From Faecalibaculum rodentium (GTDB lineage: Bacteria; Bacillota_I; Bacilli_A; Erysipelotrichales; Erysipelotrichaceae), in assembly GCF_001564455.1 (NCBI RefSeq), contig NZ_CP011391.1, forward strand, positions 450,001-482,000: a stretch of DNA of 32,000 nucleotides. Direction: 5' to 3'. Positions 26,682 to 32,000 of the stretch are shown in pieces. The position numbers and the translations under genes are program-made. Every line of letters begins with the position of its first letter. Positions within the stretch are counted from its first letter, which is position 1. The notes beneath the pieces are model-generated. The model saw only the letters and a list, made by a program, of their open reading frames with translations. It did no database searches and was not told the DNA's origin.

Positions 26682-27106
26682 AGAACACAATGCTTGCGGC
26701 CGGTGCCCTGAGCCTGGCACTCATGGCCGGCTGTGCCGGCACAAAGCCGGCTGACCAGACCGCAGCTTTGACAGATACATCTGCCCAAAAAACAATTCAC
26801 ATCCTCGCAAAGGATCAGAATGGGAACACTGTCGTGGATGAAGACATCACCACAACCGCCGGCAACCTGACAGATGCCCTGAAAAGCAGCGAAGACCTCA
26901 ATGCAACATTCGAAAACGGAGAGTATGGCACCATGATCATGGGACTGGAGGGTCTGGCAACCGAAGACTGGAACAAAGGCCCCTGGTGGACCTATGAATC
27001 CGACAACAACACCGTCTGCCAGAAGGAAGGATACTGCCCCGCCGCGGATGATGTGATCATCGCAGACGGAGACAGTTTCGTCTTCACCTTCTCCAGCGGC
27101 AGCTGA
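26678..27106 (+). CDS. Lipoprotein with DUF4430 (transcobalamin-like C-terminal) domain (142 aa)
   Basis: MKNTMLAAGALSLALMAGC/AG is a signal peptide plus lipobox. The body (IHILAKDQNGNTVVDEDI...GNLTDAL...GLEGLATEDWNKGPWWTYESDNN...ADGDSFVFTF) fits the DUF4430 pattern (G.W.Y.vN......l.dGD.i.f.y). Confidence 0.65.
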   Translation: MKNTMLAAGALSLALMAGCAGTKPADQTAALTDTSAQKTIHILAKDQNGNTVVDEDITTTAGNLTDALKSSEDLNATFENGEYGTMIMGLEGLATEDWNKGPWWTYESDNNTVCQKEGYCPAADDVIIADGDSFVFTFSSGS

Positions 27107-27591
27107 TGTCCGTCCGCCAGCTCGTGCAGGCGGCCCTGCTCGGGGCTCTGGAACTGGTGGTGTTCACGGCCTTCTCCGGCATCCTGTACCTGGAAGCCGT
27201 GACCTTCACCATTGTATGCGTTGCGCTGTGTCTGGACCGCCGCATTGCCGTGCTGTCCTCGGTCTGCTTCTGTGTCCTGAACATGCTGCTGATCCAGGGC
27301 CTCACTCCCTGGTCCCTGATGTACCTCGCCATTTACCCCCTGTACTCCCTGGGTGTCTCCTGCCTGCGCACGAGACACATGACCAGTCTGCAGGCGGCCC
27401 TGGTCACAGGGTGTCTGTCCTTTCTCACCGGACAGCTTCTGCAGATCCCCTGGATGCTGTTTTCCAGGGTCCTGGCCGCCGGTTACCTGCTGCTGGGACT
27501 GCAGACCTCCCTGATTCAGGGGGTGCTGAGTGTCATCCTGACCTTGTGTCTGTTCCGGCCGGTGTGTGCGGTGCTGAAGACATGCAGGTGA
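27106..27591 (+). CDS. ECF-transporter S-component-like small integral membrane protein (161 aa)
   Basis: About 5-6 predicted TM helices in 161 aa. The N-terminus VRQLVQAALLGALELVV resembles S-component starts. The ATG shares its A with the preceding TGA (TGATG at 27104-27108). The family call is by size, topology and context only. Confidence 0.45.
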   Translation: MSVRQLVQAALLGALELVVFTAFSGILYLEAVTFTIVCVALCLDRRIAVLSSVCFCVLNMLLIQGLTPWSLMYLAIYPLYSLGVSCLRTRHMTSLQAALVTGCLSFLTGQLLQIPWMLFSRVLAAGYLLLGLQTSLIQGVLSVILTLCLFRPVCAVLKTCR

Positions 27592-27718
27592 ATGGAACGG
27601 CATTGCCGTTGCGTTCACTTCCATGACCTGTGGGGTGGAGGAATGTGTCAGTACAGAGATCAAGTGGATGGTTGCGGCTACGGGGTTGTAAAGATGAGGG
27701 TCACAGCCTTGAATGATG

Positions 27719-27775
27719 AACGGCCTGCACACAGGCAGCCGGGCGTTTGCCGGGCTGTTTGTGTGCAGGCCGTTT
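27719..27775. terminator. Strong hairpin closing the operon (between convergent genes)
   Basis: Perfect 15-bp arms AACGGCCTGCACACA (27719-27733) and TGTGTGCAGGCCGTT (27760-27774) with a nested CAGCC/GGCTG stem. There is no clear U-tract on either strand. Confidence 0.5.
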
Positions 27776-27800
27776 GAAATCGGAGTGAAAGAGGAAGGAC

Positions 27801-28499
27801 TCAGCCGAAGAACCGCTGCTTCAAGTCCGCGGGCAGGTAGCGGGCAAGTTCTTCGACCAGTGCATACACCGTGGTACACGGTCTGACCGATGACGGAATC
27901 TGTCCCTGTTTTTCTTTGTGCAGCTTCTTCGCATAATGAATCGCCAGCCGCGGATTTCCCTTGCATGTCATGATCCGGAATATCTCCGGGTCATTCTTTT
28001 TCCAGGAACCCAGACGGTGTTTGCGAAACTGCTCCTTGAGGATCTTGTAGTATTCGGTTCTCGTCGCTGCGGCCTGATAGAAGGAAAAGTGGAGCACAAA
28101 CCACAGCTCGAAACACTCATTGCTCCACGCTGCATGCCACCAGTTGCCGAGGAACTTCACTTTGTCACGCCGCAGGCACTCGCTGACGAGTTTGTTGAAA
28201 TGGTCAGCCTGGAAGTCATCCTTGTCCGTCACCAGCCAGAGCTCTGCGTTATGGACGCTGAATTCTTCTATGAATTCATCCGCGAATTCCAGCAGCTTGG
28301 TCGTGGCTTTGCCCACACCGATGATTTCCACCAGGATCTCCGGATGACAGGACTCCACCGCTTTCTTGAATCCCTCGAAATAATACGGTTCGGTTTTGGT
28401 ACCTTCTGTCAGGATCAGATAGAGCTTTGCATAATCCTGTCTCGCCAGACGCTTTTTCAGCTTCTGTTCCTCCAGACGGGAAAGACGCGGTTTCTTCAT
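27801..28499 (-). CDS. RloB/AbiLii-like TOPRIM-domain protein (232 aa from the preferred start)
   Basis: YLILTEGTKTEPYYF (TOPRIM glutamate), LWLVTDKDDF (DxD) and AAWSNECFELWFVLHF match the RloB-like family pattern (EG.kTE..YF / D.Dd / SNpcFElW.llHf). The start is uncertain: I use M35 of the track ORF (ATG 28499), and in-frame alternatives exist at 28520, 28562 and 28601. None has a Shine-Dalgarno sequence. Confidence 0.75.
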   Translation of the reverse strand: MKKPRLSRLEEQKLKKRLARQDYAKLYLILTEGTKTEPYYFEGFKKAVESCHPEILVEIIGVGKATTKLLEFADEFIEEFSVHNAELWLVTDKDDFQADHFNKLVSECLRRDKVKFLGNWWHAAWSNECFELWFVLHFSFYQAAATRTEYYKILKEQFRKHRLGSWKKNDPEIFRIMTCKGNPRLAIHYAKKLHKEKQGQIPSSVRPCTTVYALVEELARYLPADLKQRFFG

Positions 28500-28511
28500 G
28501 GTTTCAGTATA

Positions 28512-28569
28512 AAAGGCCATGCAGACCGATGGTGCGGCGGATGCCACAGCATCGATCCCCATGGCCTTT
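28512..28569 (-). promoter_or_regulatory. 10-bp perfect-stem hairpin between the CPBP and RloB-like genes
   Basis: Arms AAAGGCCATG (28512-28521) and CATGGCCTTT (28560-28569) with a 38-nt loop. On the minus strand the stem is followed by TTTTATACT, which reads both as a short U-run and as a TATACT -10-like box (rc of 28506-28511) 6 nt before the ATG at 28499. Confidence 0.3.
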
Positions 28570-28620
28570 TTGGGATGCTGAATCGTGGATGATGGAGGCA
28601 CAAACGCCTGCCAGGGGCCA

Positions 28621-29352
28621 TCATCCAGTCTGCACTGATCCTGGCACTTTCTTCCACAGATACCAGGCCAGACCCAGACAGTACACCATAAGCAGCAGGG
28701 AAACCAGGGCTGCCTGCTGACTGGAAATCTGTCCGGCGAACACGGCGAGCAGGTCCATGAGGGAGTGAATGAAAATACAGGGCCAGAGGCTGCCGGTTTT
28801 CACCAGCACCAGGGCAAACACCAGGCCAATCGCCAGTGCATATCCCACCTGCAGCAGCGTGCTCAGGGTTGTCTGTCCCGTGAAGAGGTTCACGATGTGG
28901 CCGATTCCGAAGGTCAGGGACGTGATGAGCACCGCTTCTTTCAGGGAGTCCTTGCGCAGGGCCTCAAACAGGTATCCCCGCATGATCACTTCCTCCAGGA
29001 ATCCCACCAGGATCATGGAAACCGATTCGCAAAGCAGGGAAGAAACAGGCGCAGAGGCATGAAGACCGGCCAGCAGGTTGACCGCCGGAATGGGCAGAAG
29101 GGCCAGCAGATACAGCTGCCGGCGTCCGAACCAGACCGGTCCCAGACCCAGTTTCTGTCCGGCATGCAGACGGATCGTCAGAAGAACGACCGACAGTGTG
29201 AGGGCCACCATCCACACTGTCATGAAGATGCTCTCATCCCCGACGCTGTTTCGCAGACTGCCGGTTCCGACCACATACACCAGAATCAGGGTCAGGGCCA
29301 GTGCCAGGGAATGTTCGTTCCAGAATTTACGGAGTCCGCTGACCTGTTTCAT
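28621..29352 (-). CDS. CPBP-family intramembrane glutamic endopeptidase (CAAX protease/Abi family, 243 aa)
   Basis: Polytopic membrane protein with the three family motifs: EEVIMRGYLF (EExxxR), FGIGH (FxxxH) and HSLMD (HxxxD/N). The ATG overlaps the TetR stop (ATGA at 29349-29352). Confidence 0.8.
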   Translation of the reverse strand: MKQVSGLRKFWNEHSLALALTLILVYVVGTGSLRNSVGDESIFMTVWMVALTLSVVLLTIRLHAGQKLGLGPVWFGRRQLYLLALLPIPAVNLLAGLHASAPVSSLLCESVSMILVGFLEEVIMRGYLFEALRKDSLKEAVLITSLTFGIGHIVNLFTGQTTLSTLLQVGYALAIGLVFALVLVKTGSLWPCIFIHSLMDLLAVFAGQISSQQAALVSLLLMVYCLGLAWYLWKKVPGSVQTG

Positions 29353-29972
29353 GATCTGCCTCCTTCCGCGTTTGTTCGGGACGCAGTCTGTCCAGGTTCA
29401 GGGGATTCCAGGCCATTGAGATGGATGGTCCAGAAATCCGTCAGGTCCTGCTTCATCTGTTCCTGATCCGATTTCATCAGCCCGCCTGCCAGAAGACACG
29501 CATAGCCATGCACATACACAGCCAGAGTCCGGAACAAAGACTGCATCTGTTCCAGGGAGATCCCGCCACCCTGCGCCATGGCTTCCAGCATGGGCTTGAG
29601 ATCCGGGTCCTCTGTGAGCCCCGCCAGGGACTGTATGCCCCCGGGGCCGGGACCGTTGAGAAACAGGAGCTGAAACAAATGGGGTTCCTCTGTTGCGAAC
29701 CGGATGTAGTTGAGGCCGATCTGCAGCGGAATCTCTTCGGGATCAGAGCCATCGAAGGTCATCAGGTACCGACCATGGATGTCATTGACGGATTTCCAGA
29801 CCGCTTCATGCAGGGCAGCGCTGTTTTTGAAACAGCTGATGACCGGCTGTGTGGAGATATCCAGCGACTGCGCCACATTGCGGATCGTCAATGCGGCGAG
29901 TCCATGATGGCGGACCAGGTCCAGAGCGGCGCTGAGGATTTCATCGGCGGAGTATTTCTGTTTCGGGGGCAT
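29349..29972 (-). CDS. TetR/AcrR-family transcriptional regulator (207 aa)
   Basis: The start is taken at MPPKQKYSADEILSAALDLVRHHGLAALTIRNVAQSLDISTQPVISCFKN (TetR N-terminal HTH). AAAGAGGA lies 6 nt upstream of the ATG at 29972. The track ORF's 131-aa N-terminal extension is rejected. Confidence 0.85.
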   Translation of the reverse strand: MPPKQKYSADEILSAALDLVRHHGLAALTIRNVAQSLDISTQPVISCFKNSAALHEAVWKSVNDIHGRYLMTFDGSDPEEIPLQIGLNYIRFATEEPHLFQLLFLNGPGPGGIQSLAGLTEDPDLKPMLEAMAQGGGISLEQMQSLFRTLAVYVHGYACLLAGGLMKSDQEQMKQDLTDFWTIHLNGLESPEPGQTASRTNAEGGRS

Positions 29973-29999
29973 GTCAATTCCTCTTTCTGTTCGTGATTT

Positions 30000-30025
30000 C
30001 GTTATATAACATAGGTTATATAACG
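30000..30025. promoter_or_regulatory. Candidate TetR operator: nested palindrome CGTTATATAAC-ATAG-GTTATATAACG
   Basis: The two copies of GTTATATAAC (30001-10 and 30015-24) are each self-complementary, and the whole 26-mer is an inverted repeat. It lies 28-53 bp upstream of the TetR ATG and overlaps TATAAC -10-like boxes. Confidence 0.55.
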
Positions 30026-30085
30026 TCAATGATTTTATGAAGTTCCACATGCCGATGATTGCCGGTGTGGATAATGCTGCCGCTG

Positions 30086-30117
30086 AAAAAAACGTACAGC
30101 CATGGGTCTGGCCATAC
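30086..30117 (-). terminator. Intrinsic terminator downstream of the DUF5131 gene
   Basis: On the minus-strand RNA, GUAUGGCC-(8-nt loop)-GGCUGUAC forms 8 bp including two G-U pairs, followed by G and U7 (A-run at 30086-30092 on the plus strand). It lies 37 nt after the stop. Confidence 0.5.
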
Positions 30118-30153
30118 GGTCTCAAAGGCAGGCAAACTGCAGTGGCAGTCTCT

Positions 30154-30924
30154 TCACTCCATCTTTTCAAACAGGGACGTCTGCCGAAGCCGGTGCTGCT
30201 GCCGCAGCCAGCTGTGGGCCTTGTGTGCCTGCTGGAACTGGTCCTTCTTCCGGATCGTGTACAGATGCCCGTTTCGGATAAAATACCGTCCGGTCTGGTG
30301 AATCTCAAAAGGCGTTCGTGTTTTCCGGCAGTCCAGATAGATCTTCTCCATCCAATCAAAGTCACAGGGACGGGCCTCCAGGCCGCTTTCCCCGGCCACG
30401 GATACGAGCTGGAACCCGCCGGTTTTCAGCCAGGGATACAGATCCAGTTCCTCCAGAAGAGGAGCCGCAAAAATCAGCCGGTGCTGACAGGGGATCGTCA
30501 GGAACAGATCGAGCCGCTGTCTGGCCGCTGTCTGATTTTCCACGGAAACCGCAATGGATATATGCGGCCAGCCGCCATGCCAGTCCGGGGGAAGGCAGTC
30601 ACGGATCCGGTGAATGCGTTTGGTGGGAATCAGGAAGCGCACATCCGGCCGCTGCCGCATGATGTCCCAGGCTTCCTGGCGCCAGGCATCCGCATCTTCC
30701 AGAAAGAAATCCGAGTTGAAACAGACAGACATCTGTGAACCGGATGGCACCTTCCAGCTTCCATCCCGTTTCTTTTTCAGCGGGAGATCGAACATGGTCT
30801 TCGACCGGGTGATTTCATCCGGATTCCGGCCATGACGCAAATCGGCCCGTCTCATGAAGCAGTTTCTGCACCCGGCAGAAAAGGGATGACAGCCATCCCA
30901 GGGATTCCAGGATATATCTCTCAT
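30154..30924 (-). CDS. DUF5131 / phage Gp37-Gp68 family protein (256 aa)
   Basis: The N-terminus MRDISWNPWDGCHPFSAGCRNCF matches the family signature (W.p.tGC...S.GC..CY). The length is typical. No Shine-Dalgarno sequence is present, and TATATT lies 8 nt upstream of the ATG. Confidence 0.75.
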   Translation of the reverse strand: MRDISWNPWDGCHPFSAGCRNCFMRRADLRHGRNPDEITRSKTMFDLPLKKKRDGSWKVPSGSQMSVCFNSDFFLEDADAWRQEAWDIMRQRPDVRFLIPTKRIHRIRDCLPPDWHGGWPHISIAVSVENQTAARQRLDLFLTIPCQHRLIFAAPLLEELDLYPWLKTGGFQLVSVAGESGLEARPCDFDWMEKIYLDCRKTRTPFEIHQTGRYFIRNGHLYTIRKKDQFQQAHKAHSWLRQQHRLRQTSLFEKME

Positions 30925-31006
30925 ATCTGCAGAATATAGTATGTGAACACTGATGCCAACCGGATCCTGGATGGCCCAATCCGCGGTCAGTCAGGACAGC
31001 GGGCCG

Positions 31007-31225
31007 TCAGCTGTTCTGCGGCTCATCCTCCACAAACTCGAAGAGTTCCTCTACCGTCACCTGGAATACCTTTTCGATGTCCATCGCCAGTTTCAGCAAC
31101 GGATTGTACCGTCCATTTTCCAGGTGAACAATGGTTTCCCGCCGGACACCGACACGGGTGGCAAGATCAGCCTGTTTCATTCCGGTCTGTTCTCGGTACA
31201 GCTTTACTTTTGTGATCAGTGCCAT
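31007..31225 (-). CDS. XRE/Cro-type short HTH transcriptional regulator (72 aa)
   Basis: MALITKVKLYREQTGMKQADLATRVGVRRETIVHLENGRYNPLLKLAMDIEKVF is a classic HTH_3/YozG-like regulator. The ATG at 31225 lies 1 nt after the upstream gene's TGA. Confidence 0.8.
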   Translation of the reverse strand: MALITKVKLYREQTGMKQADLATRVGVRRETIVHLENGRYNPLLKLAMDIEKVFQVTVEELFEFVEDEPQNS

Positions 31226-31226
31226 C

Positions 31227-31643
31227 TCACAGGCCCCTGCTGTCAAAGAGGAAAAACAGAATCGTCCGGATCACAGCCAGCGCCAGGATGCAGAGAACGA
31301 TGGCCCATCCGATCACTGCTGTATCAAAATTGTGGATGTGCCCCATAATGACACAGGCCCAGGCAATTCCGGTCATGGCAGCCACAATAATTTTCAGACA
31401 GATGGAGTCAGCGCGTTTCAGATTTCGTTCAGCCAGTTCATCCACACTTTCCTTTTTGTATTTTTCCATCCGCAAACACAGCAGGATGAAGAACACAAAC
31501 AGAAACCCTCCCAGGACAAACTGCAATATAGGATACCAGTCCTGCCAGTCTGTCCTTGCCCACATCCAGTAACAGGACACCAGCATGATGGCGAATATGA
31601 TCTGGGTACCAACGAGTTCCTTCAAAGATACAGGTTTGTGCAT
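31227..31643 (-). CDS. Four-TM membrane protein (DUF2178-like partner of the XRE regulator, 138 aa)
   Basis: The start is taken at MHKPVSLKELVG (ATG 31643), with GGAGG 7 nt upstream. Four hydrophobic helices. The pairing of a membrane protein with a small XRE gene is a recurrent Bacillota gene pair. The family name is from memory only. Confidence 0.6.
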   Translation of the reverse strand: MHKPVSLKELVGTQIIFAIMLVSCYWMWARTDWQDWYPILQFVLGGFLFVFFILLCLRMEKYKKESVDELAERNLKRADSICLKIIVAAMTGIAWACVIMGHIHNFDTAVIGWAIVLCILALAVIRTILFFLFDSRGL

Positions 31644-31799
31644 GCGGTTGCCTCCGAGTGATATATTTCGCACTTATCTGTGTGAGATATATTACTCAAG
31701 CAGAGAGATGACAATGGAATGTGATGTATTTCCCGCTTCTCCGGGTCTCAGGCACCAGGGGCTGCATCCCGGATTTGGTTCAGAACGAGGGGGGAACAG

Positions 31800-31840
31800 A
31801 AAAAAACCGGCAGCCCGTTTCTCTGTGGAGCCGTCTGCCG
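31800..31840 (-). terminator. Intrinsic terminator downstream of the MmcQ/YjbR-like gene
   Basis: On the minus strand, CGGCAG...CTGCCG forms a 6-bp GC-rich stem with a 21-nt loop, followed by G and U7 (A-run at 31800-31806 on the plus strand). It lies 34 nt after the stop. Confidence 0.5.
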
Positions 31841-31873
31841 AGTTGGGTCATTGCCTGAAGATTCGGAATCAGA

Positions 31874-32000
31874 TTATTTTTCTGTCAGCTGCCAGCTGGT
31901 TTCCAGGACACGTCGGATGATTTCTTCCGGCACTGAACCGTCTGCCAGGACCGAAATCCAGTTGTTCCTGTTCATGTGATATGCCGGAAGGATCCCCGGA
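31874..32000 (-). CDS. MmcQ/YjbR-family protein, partial (only the C-terminal 41 aa are in the window)
   Basis: The reverse-strand translation ...PGILPAYHMNRNNWISVLADGSVPEEIIRRVLETSWQLTEK* matches the family C-terminus (pgyHmnKk.W.sv.ldg..p.e....i..SY.l). It runs off the right edge, so it is not in the track. Confidence 0.6.
   Translation of the reverse strand, partial: PGILPAYHMNRNNWISVLADGSVPEEIIRRVLETSWQLTEK

Noticed and set aside
26992-27966. A 324-aa minus-strand ORF spanning the S-component gene, the hairpin and the RloB 3' end.
   Set aside because: It crosses a strong terminator-like hairpin and two better-supported genes on opposite strands. It is a compositional artefact.
29973-30365. 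The 131-aa N-terminal extension of the TetR ORF (track 29349-30365), which overlaps the DUF5131 3' end.
   Set aside because: The TetR HTH begins right after the ATG at 29972, which has a good RBS. The extension would read through the operator palindrome and a terminator.
1-32000. CRISPR arrays, tRNA/rRNA genes, integrases, att sites, reverse transcriptases (retron, DGR, group II intron).
   Set aside because: I scanned by eye for regularly spaced direct repeats, tRNA-like cloverleaf ends and RT or integrase motifs in the ORF track. None was seen. The only tandem repeat is the 12-nt triplication in tnpC, and the only mobile element is the IS66 copy.

Overview
This is a 32-kb chromosomal segment from a high-GC, Bacillota-like Gram-positive genome. 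The taxonomic guess rests on AAGGAGG-type ribosome-binding sites, lipobox lipoproteins, a MucBP/Rib-type surface protein and an ECF S-component-like gene, and I cannot confirm it. All family calls come from motif recognition by eye and memory, with no searches run.

Left to right:
- A partial lipoprotein gene (-) and a DUF3783-like gene.
- rpoB-rpoC with their own strong promoter, a 4-bp ATGA overlap and a palindromic terminator.
- An intact IS66-family element (9890-12203) with 22-bp inverted repeats and an 8-bp target duplication, inserted 11 bp past that terminator.
- Three ORFans.
- sdaA (-), a tiny ORF with a calcium-loop motif, and a 668-aa surface protein.
- asnA (-), glgP, and a 54-aa ORF.
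- A seven-gene corrinoid methyl-transfer operon (21.8-27.6 kb). It encodes two URO-D-fold methyltransferases, a B12-binding corrinoid protein, a shortened RACE-type activator, an AraC regulator, a DUF4430 (transcobalamin-like) lipoprotein and an ECF S-component-like membrane protein.
- A minus-strand accessory block (27.8-32 kb): orphan RloB/AbiLii-like TOPRIM protein, CPBP protease, TetR, DUF5131 (phage Gp37/Gp68), XRE plus membrane protein, and a partial MmcQ/YjbR gene.

The most interesting candidates are the corrinoid operon, whose substrate cannot be assigned, and the partner-less RloB locus. No rRNA, tRNA or CRISPR array was recognised. The many long antisense ORFs in the track are GC-bias shadows.
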